The notes under the pieces were generated by a model. It ran no database searches and was not told the DNA's origin. It was given only the letters and a program-made list of their open reading frames with translations. Positions 1 through 13,554 of a stretch of 64,000 nucleotides of DNA are shown here, piece after piece; within the stretch, counting starts at the first letter, position 1; every line of letters starts with the position of its first letter. The stretch spans positions 1 through 64,000 of the forward strand of contig CP142729.1 of assembly GCA_036630325.1 (NCBI GenBank), given 5' to 3'. The position numbers were made by a program, and so were the translations under genes. Source of the DNA: Vairimorpha necatrix. Taxonomy: Eukaryota.

Positions 1-1840
1 ACCTAACCTACCTACCTACCTAACCTACCTAACCTACCTACCTAACCTACCTACCTACCTAACCTACCTACCTAACCTACCTACCTACCTACCTAACCTA
101 CCTACCTAACCTACCTAACCTACCTAACCTACCTACCTAACCTACCTAACCTACCTAACCTACCTAACCTAACCTAACCTACCTACCTACCTAACCTACC
201 TACCTACCTACCTAACCTACCTAACCTAACCTACCTAACCTAACCTACCTACCTAACCTACCTAACCTACCTAACCTACCTAACCTAACCTACCTACCTA
301 ACCTACCTAACCTAACCTACCTAACCTACCTAACCTACCTAACCTAACCTACCTAACCTAACCTACCTAACCTACCTAACCTAACCTACCTAACCTACCT
401 AACCTACCTACCTAACCTACCTACCTAACCTACCTAACCTAACCTACCTAACCTACCTAACCTACCTAACCTAACCTACCTACCTAACCTACCTACCTAA
501 CCTACCTAACCTACCTAACCTACCTACCTAACCTACCTACCTAACCTACCTAACCTACCTAACCTAACCTACCTAACCTACCTAACCTACCTACCTAACC
601 TACCTAACCTACCTACCTAACCTACCTAACCTAACCTACCTACCTACCTACCTAACCTACCTACCTACCTAACCTAACCTACCTAACCTACCTACCTAAC
701 CTAACCTACCTAACCTACCTACCTACCTAACCTACCTACCTAACCTACCTAACCTACCTACCTAACCTACCTAACCTACCTACCTACCTAACCTACCTAA
801 CCTACCTACCTACCTACCTACCTACCTAACCTACCTAACCTACCTACCTAACCTACCTAACCTACCTAACCTACCTAACCTACCTACCTACCTACCTACC
901 TACCTAACCTACCTACCTACCTAACCTACCTAACCTACCTAACCTACCTAACCTACCTACCTACCTAACCTACCTACCTAACCTACCTACCTAACCTAAC
1001 CTACCTAACCTAACCTACCTACCTACCTAACCTACCTAACCTACCTACCTACCTAACCTACCTAACCTAACCTACCTACCTAACCTACCTAACCTACCTA
1101 ACCTACCTACCTAACCTAACCTAACCTACCTACCTAACCTAACCTACCTACCTAACCTACCTAACCTACCTAACCTACCTAACCTACCTACCTAACCTAC
1201 CTACCTACCTAACCTACCTACCTAACCTAACCTACCTAACCTACCTAACCTACCTAACCTACCTACCTAACCACCACCACCTACCTAACCTACCTACCTA
1301 CCTACCTACCTAACCTACCTAACCTACCTAACCTACCTAACCTACCTAACCTACCTAACCTACCTACCTACCTACCTAACTACCTAACCTACTACCTAAA
1401 CCTACCTACCTAACCTACCTAACTCTACCTAACCTACCTAACCTACCTAACCTAACCTACACCTACCCTAACCTACCTACCTACCTACCCTACCTACCTA
1501 CCTACCCTACCTAACCTAACCTACCTACCTAACCTACCTAACCTACCTAACCTACCTAACCTAACCTAACCTAACCTAACCTACCTACCTACCTACCCTA
1601 CCTAACCTACCTACCTACCTACCTAACCTACCACCTACCTAACCTACCTACCTACCTAACCTACCCTAACCCACCTACCTACCCTACCTAACCTAACCTA
1701 CCTACCTACCTAACCTACCTCTATCTAACCTACCTAACCTACCTACCCTACCTAACCTACCTAACCTAACCACCCTACCTACCCTACCTACCTACCTACC
1801 TACCTACCTAACTACCTACCTACCTAACATACAAACCTAA
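1..1840 (-). repeat. Terminal telomeric array of mixed TTAGG/TAGG units (CCTAA/CCTA on + strand)
   Basis: Continuous CCTA/CCTAA units from base 1, with the C-rich strand at the 5' end as expected for a left chromosome end. Pure to ~1270, then variant units (CCA, CCCTA, CTA) to ~1840. Confidence 0.95.
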
Positions 1841-2002
1841 CACGTAAGCTTTTAGCCCTCAAACCTTCGTGAATATTTTGTTTAAAAAATTTATTAGTTA
1901 AATCAATATGTAACTAAAATAAATAAAAATTGAAAATTTGTTGATAAAATTTATCTAACTATCTTTATAATTCAATTATTTTTTTTCAGATTAATGATTA
2001 TA

Positions 2003-5000
2003 TGTTATACATTTATTTAATAGGAAAGTTCAACCCTAACATCCCCCTCCAGACGTGTAGTCTCACGTTACAAGCTTCTAATTTATCATTTTATAATCTT
2101 TTAGGTCATAATGTCGTTTTTTAATGTATCTTTTGCTATCAGTCCTTACAATATAAGAATCATTCTCACACTTTCCCATTATTTTACCAACACTTGTAAA
2201 TCTTATTTTCATACATTTCATCTATTTACCCCAAGTTTTCTCTTCTTGCGATTCTCAAAGCCTGATCTACTTCAAATTTATCTCTTTCCTTTGTTTAAAA
2301 TTACTTGCATACACACCCTTTTTAACGTTTTCAATAAAGACTTCTTTTCCTTGTTCTTTACATGCTTCCATTGGTGTACATTTTATCGCTGTGTGTAAAA
2401 TGTTATAATAGGTTCTTAGCTTGTTCTAGTTTTTACTCTGGGTTTCCTTCTTTTTATTTAATCAATGATTCCCTTATTGTTCAAATACATCGTTCAATTT
2501 TCCATTGCTCTTATGAGCTTCTAAACCTACTTTCCATTGCATAATTCCGTTTTCTTAACACCAAGTTACAAACTTCTCACTGAGAAATTTCTTACCGTTA
2601 TCCGAAATATTCATCTGGGCATCCATCTTCATTTATCAAATATCCTAAAATTTTCGTATTAACATCACTTCCTCTATTTTCCATTTTTGCGCCCTATACT
2701 TTTCTTCTAAGTAGTCAATCCCTAATAGCAGGTATTTTTTGTTTTCCTCGATAACAATTACGTGTAAAGCTACTTTTTCTAATTTCTTAAATATAGTTAC
2801 AAAATTGCAACCTCCAGTCGTTTTTCTGTTATTAATGCACTATATTCCACAATTTTTTAGCGTTGTGGATATCAGGTCAAATAGCTGGTCAGTACAATCT
2901 TTGTTTTTCCTTATAATAAGGTCTTTTTCACTTCACGATGATTTAATTCCTCATGAACTCTGCGAATTTCTGTTCTCATTTATTTTTTTGTGTTGTATTT
3001 AATAATTTCTATTGTTGAGAACTTCCAATAGTTTTTGCCTTCTCTTTTAACCATGCGCTTTTTTTCTTTCCATTTAATTTGTTTTTGGTGCGTTTATCTC
3101 TTTCGCCTTTTCAATTACTTCGTTATTTTTAAATTGTCTACTAAGAGCATCCACATACATCATCAATTCTGTTTTTACATATTCAATAGTAAAATCGAAC
3201 TCTTGTATATATTCTATCCATCTCTTAATTATGTAATTATTAAAAAACGGTTTGTTTCTAATCTCGGCCATTCCTTTATGATTTGTCATTTATTGAAATT
3301 TTCTTCCCCCAAATCTGACTCGAATTTCTTTATTTCAAATAACACTGCCAACATCTCTTTTTCACTAATCGTATACTTTTTAGCTGTTGGTGTTAGCATT
3401 TTTGATGCCCATTGTATTAGAATCTACCTATCTTCCTTGTCTTCTTGCAGAAGTATAACTCCAATTCCCTTATCGCATGCACACGTTCTTACTCTAAATA
3501 TTTTTTTATCTATCTTCTATTTTTAATTTTTTCACATCCTTTAAATCCTCTTTGATATCCATAAAAGCTCTTTCCATATCTTGGGACCATTTTCATTTAC
3601 TATCTTTTTTTAGTGCTCTTGTAAGAAGCGCTGACCGATAAGCATAATGATGAATAAAATCTCTTAACCAGCCTGCCCGCTCCTCAACACTTCTAAGATC
3701 TTTTATGTTGTTAGGCTTTCTGTATTCTAATGTCTACTCCTATATATTTTTTCGGTTTAATGTCTTCTCAGTTAATTGTTACTCCAAGTAGTTTTTCTTC
3801 TCCTAATTTATATTGTATCTTTCTTGAGTTTACTTTTAATCCACATTCATTAAATTTTCGAATTACTTGTTTTAAAAAATTTTCTTGTATATTACTATCT
3901 CATGCATAAATAATAAAATCCATGTACACCTCAACACTCTTGCCTCTAAACTTATCTAAAACTCCGTTCATCACTCTTTGCATAATATGGGGAGCATTTT
4001 TTAATTTTTTACCATGCCATTCCATTCGTAAACTCTACCATTTATCTTAAAAGCTGTCTTATGTTTGTAAGCTCTCTCAATTTCTATATGATAGAATCTT
4101 TCCTTTAGGTCTATAACCATAAATACTTTAGAACCTTGCGTTGCTTTAATATGTCTCTAATCAATGGCAAATCATACGGATCTTTTTATTCCAGTTCATT
4201 ATAAGCCATCAAATTGCTTCTCAATTGTACTTTACCATTTGGTTTTTCTATGGGCTTTATTAGGCTTTTCCATTTGCTCTTTGTCTTTCTGATAATACCT
4301 CTACTTTCTAATAAATTAATATACTTTTCTAACTTTTCTCGGAGTTTATAAGGAATATTTTGTTTCTTTTGCACTACTTTTACTCATTGTTTTGTTTTAA
4401 AAGAACATTTTATCCCTGTTAAGTATTTTCTTTTCCCTCTGTCTTTTCACAATACCTCGAAAATTTTCCTTCTAATTCTTCATATTTATTAATATTTTTT
4501 CTTCTTTTATCTTGGTTTGTATTTTTTACATAAAAACTGTTTCTTGAGTTCTCTCTTTTTACCTCCACTGGTAGTCTCAATTTAAAATCAATTCATTTTT
4601 AATATTTTCATTTTACTTTTCCACAAATGCCAAAATATTTAACACTTTTATTTTCATTATTCTCTTCCTGTCTTCCTTTACGCTCCATACAACCTCTAGC
4701 TATATGTATAATTCTCCCACATATAAACCAATGTTTTTCTTCTCGTCTTTGATATTGAAAGTATCTTCCTGACACTGCTACAGTCCTAGTCAGTTATCCT
4801 TTCATCTTCTTTTTAATTTTTCCTTCATACCCTCTACCATATCTTCTAGTTCTCTACTCCTTATTTTTTCCTTGTTCTTATTCTCTTCCTCTTCAATAAC
4901 TAATTTATCAATTTCATCAATAATATTATTCCAATTAATCATAATGATTAAATTTTTATCAATAATAAAATCCTGAAGCTCAGAATTTACTTGTTTTATC

Positions 5001-5171
5001 GACTGCTTCGTTGTCTCATCTTTTTCTTTCTGCATTCTGATGATTGCTTCTACTCTCTGAGCTTCTTTTAGTAATTTTATCTTCTCTTAAACACAGGTCT
5101 CACTTGTTACCCTTTCGTCTTTTGTGTTTGCCATGTTATACATTTATTTAATAAAAGGTTCAACTTTAACA
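2003..5171 (-). mobile_element. Ty3/gypsy LTR retrotransposon, decayed, with 38-39 bp LTRs (copy A)
   Basis: LTRs at 2003-2041 and 5134-5171 (TGTTA...TAACA). 5-bp TSD TTATA at 1998-2002 and 5172-5176. PPT GGAGGGGGA (2050-2042) and PBS-like TGGCAAAC after the 5' LTR. Domain order gag-RT-RNaseH-integrase. Confidence 0.92.
2055..5134 (-). pseudogene. gag-pol pseudogene (Zn knuckle, reverse transcriptase, RNase H, integrase) with many stops and frameshifts
   Basis: Minus-strand fragments: FICGRIIHIARGC (knuckle); IPYKLREKLEKYINLLESRGIIR..IKPIEKPNGKVQL and EVYMD (RT); CDKGIGVILLQ, EKEMLAV, TNHK, RWIEYIQEFDFTIEY (RNase H); ISDNGKKF (integrase core). Confidence 0.9.
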
Positions 5172-8100
5172 TTATAATTAAAACACAAAGTATTTTTGGT
5201 GTAATTTTGCGAATAAATTTATGTAATAATATATTGTAAAAGTATGAAATTACTTCTTTAATTTGTAATATATTTCATTGTAAAAAAAAGTCATTTTTGT
5301 GTTTTAACATATTTCTTACTGGAAATATTCGTATTATACTAAAAAAAAATATTTTAGGGAATTATACAAATAACTTAAATCTCGAATGCTGTATTAACGC
5401 ATATATACAGACACAAAAGCTTATACTCTTGAGGAAAGCTTATGATAATCACTTTGAATAAAAAAATTTGATCATTATTCATAGAAAGTAAAAGGACGTA
5501 ACAATTTGTTAACATTAAGGAAAGATTCCAGTGTTTGTTTGAAAATACAATACTTATAACTAATTACATTTGTATATTTCAGTATAAAATTATGTTATAT
5601 TAAAATAGATCAATAGAAGTACTTAAGATTTATCAGATTAATATGATTTAATTAATTTTTATAAAATAAAATATTTTCGCAAAAATTTGTTCTTTTGAAT
5701 TTTTTATGAATATTTATATCTACTTGGCTGCTGCATAGGATGAGGCTTCTTCTAATGTACAATTCTATTTATCTATGTATTTGAACTGTCCAAAAAGTCT
5801 TTTAATATTACAAATGTTATTGTGTTTATTATTTATGTTCTCTTTGGGATTAATTTTTTATGGTAGAAAATATAATATTTTAAAAAAAAGAGGGAGTGAA
5901 GTTATTGGATAATTGAAAAATACATCCTATAAAAAATATATTTGATATGTGATCATAATGCCCAGGATATGTTTTGTTTGTACTTATAAATTTTCTTTTA
6001 TAACCGTAAGATTTACTTCATGCTTGATCTTCATATAATTTCAATTATGAAGAGAACTAGTTTGATATATTTTATAACCAGTTAAAATTGTTAAATTTTT
6101 GCGTAAAAAATTGCGAATAGTTTAAAAGTAACCTATCATTATCTATAAAAATGTTTTACATAATGTGTTATGTTTAAATGTTATTTTTTATGAATAAAAG
6201 TATTCATGTATTATTAAAAAATTTTAATTTTTTTATTAAATCATTAGATTGATTTCATTCTTTAAAAATCAAAATGTTTATTCCAAAAAAATTCATAAAG
6301 ATTTTTTTGTTTTCATATTTAGAATTTAATTTATCAATATATTATTATATTTTTTTAATCAATTAATATTTAAATTAAATTAAATTTTATAATTATTAGA
6401 AATCGTCTACTGCATCTATATTTATAATGTAATCGGGGTAATGCATTAAAATATTTTCTGTCATTTTTAAAGATAAGATTTGTTTTTTAATTTATATGTT
6501 CTTACATTAAATTTTTCTTAAATTTATATAAATATTTATTAATTAGTTGCATTGGGTTTGTTTATACTTTTTATTAACCCTTCAAGCTCTTATTGATTTA
6601 TATTTTTTTAATTCTTCGGTTAGTGTAAAATATTTGTTAATAAATTTACCAATTCTGTATTTGTTTTGTTTTAATTTTATCATAATTATAGTATTAATAA
6701 TAAATACGTGGAATATATGATGTTTACTAGAAAAATTCAAATGAAGAAATACGAAATTTATTTCCAGCCTACTTTTGTGTATAAATTTACAATTTGTATA
6801 AATATTGATTATCTTATCATTTGAAATGTATTTAATATGTTTTCTGACCATTATTAGATTTATTTCTTAATTATTTATCATTATTTTCATTGAAATAATT
6901 TTTTGTTTTGATATTTTATAATTTTTTTACAGTCTATAACCAAAAATTTCAAAATACTGTTGTAATAAATGATAACAGAATGAAATGTCGTTTGTTGTGT
7001 TCCTCTATATATGTTTATATTTTATTTTCGTTGTATGTCTTTATGTTTCTTTGAGACTTTACTTTTTATAAATGAATTTTCTTGATATTATGTGGTTTAT
7101 ATAAGCTACATTTTTATAATAATTTTAAAAACTTAAGTTAAGCATAAAAAAATGAGTTTTTAGATATAAAGAACATTTTAATGCTTCCTTGCGATAAATA
7201 GTATTTAATGTTTTACCATAAGAATAATTTAAATCATTTTTAAAACTTTATGAAATAATGATTGTAATTTAATATTTTTAATCTACAATTTTCTAAAACC
7301 CTCCGAGATATGGTTTCTTTTGAAATACAAATATATAAAAATTTTTAATAGATTATTTTTAGTATTTTTATAAATTTTTCGTTATTGAATCATATGTTTC
7401 TCGTGTAGGTTGTATATATCATCATGTTTAATATCTAGGTGTAATATATTGCATTTTAAATTTTCGATTGATACATTATTTTTAAAAAAAGATAAAGATG
7501 TTATATGTTCTAAAACTATTACTTATACTAATCAGTCGTATGTGTATTATTATGAGCGAAATTTGAAAATATAAAATTTTATAATGATCAAAAAATATTA
7601 TTTTCGTTATAGTGGTTGAGACTTCGCGCTTCAAAAGTCGTAAAAATTTAATTGTATAAAAATTTTCTTCTTTTCACTTATCTAGAATTTACTTTAACGT
7701 TTAGTTTGAATATTTTTTATAACTATTCTAGATATTAACATTAATTTTCAAAACGAGTTTTAGTCCAATACGTTTTTTTTTAAAAAAAGTTATCCTACTA
7801 CTTTAAATATATTTTTTTTTAATTATTTTTGTAATATTAACCTCAAATATCATTATTGAAATTGCATTTCGAAATATATTAGTTTTTTCAAAGATTTTTA
7901 TTGGCATTATTTTATTTTACTTGTAGGTCAATCTTTGTGTATTAAAAATTTATATTGAAGTATAACTTTTCTTGACCTTTTCATACTTAGAATTAATCTA
8001 ACGCATTTTATTGAACTATACAATATATAATATCAAAATTAAATTTCAATTTTTCTTCAAAAATATTGACTATAACAGTTATATAAAATTTTTGATTCAA

Positions 8101-11100
8101 AAAATTTAAATATCTGATAATTATAAGACAAAGAACAAAATTTTTTATTTTATAAGAGGAATTTTTAAGTTTTTCTTTTAACTAATAATATTTCATTTTT
8201 ATGCTAAATAATATAAATTTTTTGTTTTTATTTAAATATGTGTAAATGAATTCTTATATATTCTAAAAATTTAATTTCTTAAGAATACTTGTAAATTTCT
8301 CAAACTAACGATATATAAATATTATTTAGGTGTTTTTTCTAAGATTCTTATTTGTTTTCCCGAAGTATTATCATATTGTTAATATTTAATATATGCAATT
8401 CAAACTTTTCGAATTTTTTTATTTTTTTGTAAATAATCTTGAAAACGTCCAGGTGAAATATTATATAGTATTATAGTTAAGAAATACTTATTCTAAATTA
8501 ACGTGTTTTTATAAGTTTTTTAATTTAAATTAAGCAAGTGTTAATCATTTTATATTATGTTATTACTCTTTATATTATTTTAATTTATTTTCTGCTTAAA
8601 TATATAAATTTTGAAAATTATATTCCGTTAGCGTGTAACTATGGCATAAAAGATTATTTTATAAATATAGCATTTCATAATTAATTTTTTTATTGTTATT
8701 AAATGTATTGGATTTATATGCATTTCTATTCTACTCCCCTCATTATTTTTGTTTTATTTTTTTGAGATATGCGACGCCTTTTTCAAAATCTCGAACCCAT
8801 TTTACAGCAACCTTATATTAAATTGTATGAGCTATTGTTTTTATTTAATTATTCATAATTGAAAATAAACTTATTATTTCTTATTATATTATAATATGGA
8901 AAATATATTTAAGTAGGGGTTCCCTAGGATTTTTAAAATCAATTACATAAATGTCGTTTCTAAGTAAAATTCTTTTTACTGTTGCTGAAAGATTTTAAAA
9001 TGAATAGGTTTTATTTTATATTGTTAATTTAAATAATTTTCATCAATTCTTCTAATTATAATTAAATAAATGATTTTCTAATGATTATATAATTTTACGA
9101 TAATTGTTGATTGAATTTTAAATTTTTTTTTCTTTCGTAAATGAACTTTTTTATAATATTTCGATCTTCATACGTAAATTTTAATCTAAATATTATATAA
9201 AAATATTATACTTTACGGATTTAGAAGGTATTATATATAACAAAAGAGCAATTCTTAAATATATAACCGATAGATATTTGAATTGTTTTATTTTTTTATT
9301 TCAATTAATAATAAAATAATATATTTTTATAAATATGATAAAAGTATTAATGATTTTACTTTTTAGAATTTTTTGGTCATAATTTCTAATTTTGTGTGGT
9401 CAATATGATTGTAAACAACAAATTAATATTTGTGACAATTGTTTTTTACCAACTTCGATTTCAAAAGTCTACAATGTTTTATAATTGAAACTTCTTTAGA
9501 ATTCTATAAACCAAAAAAATGTAATATACGAGGTCAATCTTAATTAGTTAAAACTTTTATATACTTTTTGTTCTCGTTTTTTTAACATTAGTAATTATTA
9601 TACTTAATAACGTGTACATATTGGTCATATATAAATATAATATAGTTGATTTTTTAGTATAATTTTCTTTTATGAAATCGTCTGATATGTTCTAAAGAAT
9701 TGAAAAACTTCATTGCTTGTTTTAATTGTATTTAAATTATACTATATGCAATATTCGGATTTATTTTTGTTTATCTTGGCGGAGATTTAAATATTAGAAC
9801 AGTGTATTTCATCTAATATCTTGATCGTACATCTTTATTTTGAATTCTTATGTATTTATCTTACTAAGCAATTTGTATGAATCATATGTATATCTTTTCT
9901 TTATAATCCCTTTACTATCTAGTTATAATAAATGAATATTATTTGTATCACTTCTAAAACAGTGCTATATTGATCGTAAAAGAAATTTTATTTGTTTGCT
10001 TTCGTATTTATACCAAATGAAAAAGCGAAAGATCAAATTTAAATTATCTTGTTATTACCTACGTTGTAAATTTAGATAGATTGTAGAGTTCGTTTTAAAA
10101 ATATTTTTTCTTTTAACCAATATGCTCCTTTTTATTTTTTCTTTATTTCTCTGTTCTTCATAGATAAAACTTTGAAGACTAAAAATATTTTACTATTAAT
10201 AACTTTATGATTATGTACTTGCTTCATAGATATTCCTTGCCCTTCATACACAAACTTTTTTTTTAAATTTTATTTTTATTGTAATCATTTTTTAGCCACG
10301 TAAGTTAAAGGTTAATTATTTTGCATGGATAAACACATATTGTAAATTTTTCATTTTTTGTTGTATTATTGATGTGTTGGAACGTTGTTGGTGAATATTT
10401 GACAGAGTAAACTTTGAAAACTGTCCTTATGATGTAATCGTTATTACACACTTCCATAAAACCTTTGTATTTAGTTTATCAAGTTTTGGTTTTATAACAT
10501 TTATTTAAATACTTTAATGCATATACCAAAATTATTTTAGATAGATTTATAATCTTATTTCTTGTATATAAATATGTCCTAATTTATTCAACAAATATAT
10601 TGTTAGACTAAATTATATGTCTTAATTGATTGTTATATAGTGTCAGACATTTCTTGTAATTAAATCACTCAATGATTGTGTTTTAATTTCTTTTTGAAAG
10701 AATCTAATTTACTTGTTTTCAAAAATATGTTTTTACCTTGCAAAAAGAAGTAAATATTGCGTTTAATTAACGTATTTGTCCAAAGCCGAATTAATATGTT
10801 TAACTTTACTTCAATTTTTTATTTTTATGTCGATTCTGCACATAATGCGTTTCATAATTATTTTATATACAGTAAATTATATACTTACGTACTCATATGA
10901 AAAGACAAATAAATCTAAATTTCTTAAAATATTAATTATACAGATACATACGTTGGCAACCTCTAAAAAAAATGTACTAAATTGTGCAAGAAATAATTTT
11001 CGAAATAACAATTATAATATATATTCAGATGTGTGAGGCTGCAGACCTGCACTGACGAATCTTGTTTATAATTAAATAATGATTATTGGTGCTGTCAATA

Positions 11101-11459
11101 TCTCAGAGCATTGTAAATAAACATTAGACATGTTTGACATTCACAAACTAAAAGTAAGACAAGTGCATGTCACATGAAGTACTACTAATTCAGTAGAACT
11201 TCGGTTTCATGTTTGTTTGATTACATCTCAAAGAGTTTGACAGTTAATCTGATTGACTATTTAAACGGAATTTACCCCTGACCTACAATTCCGATGAGCA
11301 GCAAAACAAACAAATAATATAAATCAATATGTAAATTTAGACTCATCACTTCAACTTCGGATCAGGCTTCATGCCGGATATAAGATGTGTAGATACTCCC
11401 TAAAGAAAAAAAAATTATTAATTTGTCATATATTTATTTCTTGTTTTTATGTTTAATTC

Positions 11460-13429
11460 TTAGGTATTACCCGGGAGTTGGCCATTCCTCAGATAGCATT
11501 CTATAATGCTTCTCCCGGGTATTAAAGTTTTATTATAATGCAAGTTGTATTATTAAATCTGCCTCCTTGGGCTTTATCTTTCCTCTTCTAAGGATGCATT
11601 GATTGATACTGCTTATTTCTAGACTCCTCTGTTCTTATTGACATATTTTGGTGGGGGTAAAAATAAAAAGAAAATATTTATAGAAAAATAAATTCTAAAA
11701 ATTCATTTGGAGGGAAAATATAATAATGTGGCAAATAATACCACATACTACCTCCTGCAAAAAATCAGCAAATTAGAATGCGGATTCCTCCGAAATCATC
11801 AAATAGTTCTTTTCGCCGTTTCCTAGTAATAGCTGGGTTGGATATTCTAAACCTCAAATCAAGGTATGAGTTTAACTTATCACATTTAAGCTTCTCAGAT
11901 TCGCCCTTTACTCCATATCTACATATGCTAAATTGCATCTGCTGCATTTTATTTTTGAGGCAATGTTTTCTGAAAGTTCCAAGATTTTTTTTTTATTCTG
12001 ATAACTATCATATTTAGATGTTGCCAAATCTTTTACCTGTTGATGGTTATCTTTAATTTTATCAGGAGGCTTGCTTCTTCCTTTGTTATTTATTTTAATA
12101 TTTTTGAATATATATCATCTGATGGTATCGTATTCCCTGTCCTTTTCACAAAGTCAACAATATTAATTAAGACTTTAGCTGGAAGATTGTCTATTTTTTA
12201 TTCAAATTCCTTTTAATACAATTATCTATATTATTTATTCTTTCATTTATACATTTCTGTTTATTGATGATTTTATTTTCTTTTTGTTTCTGTTTTAATA
12301 GGCAGTCGGTTTTTATGTTTTTCATCCAATTCATCGTTAGGGATTTTTTTTATCATTAACGATTTTCCTTTTTTTTTTATTTCTCAATCGTGGGCTTTTG
12401 GTTTTCGTAGACGACAATCTCGTGTAGCATGTGATCTTGCTCGATGTATACAGCACCACTTATCACTTTTAAAGTATCTTCCTGTTTCTTCAGGTCTTTT
12501 ATAATTCTCTTTCTTAGATATAAATTGAGATATTCGTGTCCCTTCCAGTTTCGTCTGTAAAATTATATTTCTTCTAGATCTTGTGAATATTTTAATAGCT
12601 CGTCCATTCTCTTGTTTTTCATTCCTGATTTTAAAACTTCAATGGCAGTTGATCTGCCTAATCCTCTCTCAAAAATCTGTTTCAATCTAACATCAAATTT
12701 CTTTTTCGATAGGTTCATAGATAATCTGTATATTTCAATCATCGACTCTATTTTCTCATAGTAATCTGCTATACTTCTATAATTTACCTGTTTTACAGTT
12801 TCCATCTCTGTTAATAATAGCAGCATCATTTTTTGGATATCTAAATTCTAGTAGTTCTTTTTTTTGTTTTTTGAAGCTTTTCTTATTTAGCTTATCTTTC
12901 ACCTTAGAATCTTCAATCAAAGAATGGTAGATGAGTCTTATCTGCTCATCAGTCCATTTATTGGCCGTTCCTAGCTCTTTAAACAGCTCGAGATGCTTTA
13001 TGGTATAGTCTCGTTTTACAGTTTTCAATTTTTTCTTTAACCACTATTGTAGTTCCTTCTATGGTTTTATCAAATGTGGTATATGCTTCATCATCATTTT
13101 GTTTCTCAGTATTATTACTTTTTTCTAATACTAATGAGCTCATTGAGGTATTACCCGGGAGTTGGCTGCTCCTCAGTATTCATTCTATAATGCTTCTGCC
13201 GGGTATTAAAGTTTTATTATAATTAAAGTTGTATTATTAAATCTGCCTCTCTGGGCTTTATCTTCCTCTTCTGGGGATGCAGTGATTGATACTGCTGATT
13301 TCTAGACTCCTCTGTTCTTCTTGACATATTTTGGTGGGGGCAAAAATAAAAAGAAAATATTTATAGAAAAATAAATTCTAGAAAATTCATTTGGAGGGAA
13401 AATATAATAATGTGGTAAATAATACCACA
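11460..13429 (-). mobile_element. Non-autonomous (gag-only) LTR retrotransposon with ~286-bp LTRs
   Basis: Direct repeats at 11460-11745 and 13144-13429 (T[G/T]AGG...CCACA). 5-bp TSD AATTC at 11455-11459 and 13430-13434. Purine-rich GGAGGTAGTA next to the 3' LTR. Confidence 0.9.
12400..13143 (-). pseudogene. Frameshifted gag-like gene with a C-x2-H-x4-H-x4-C knuckle
   Basis: ATG at 13143, directly after the 5' LTR. ORF pieces 12777-13028 and 12563-12829, followed by KWCCIHRARSHATRDC at ~12465-12415. Confidence 0.7.
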
Positions 13430-13554
13430 AATTCATATTTAATATGGAAAAATATAGTTTATTCCAGAAAATAACATAATAAATACCATTGTTATAATAT
13501 ATATAAATAATCTTTATAAATATATAAAACATAATTATTATTATTATTCTAATA

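Noticed and set aside
2111-3526. Plus-strand ORFs of 60-163 aa (also 32987-36082)
   Set aside because: They are F/L/S-rich antisense shadows of the minus-strand pol pseudogene.
5400-10900. T-rich stretches resembling decayed minus-strand genes (also ~15600-18700 and ~59600-62600)
   Set aside because: No ORF or motif is strong enough to name a product or set boundaries.
11032-11174. TGTGA...TCACA GC-richer island as a solo LTR
   Set aside because: There is no matching TSD and no independent copy in the window.
11180-11400. Conserved GC-richer stretch with a small hairpin as an ncRNA (5S or snRNA)
   Set aside because: I could not recognise diagnostic motifs; an Rfam search would be needed.
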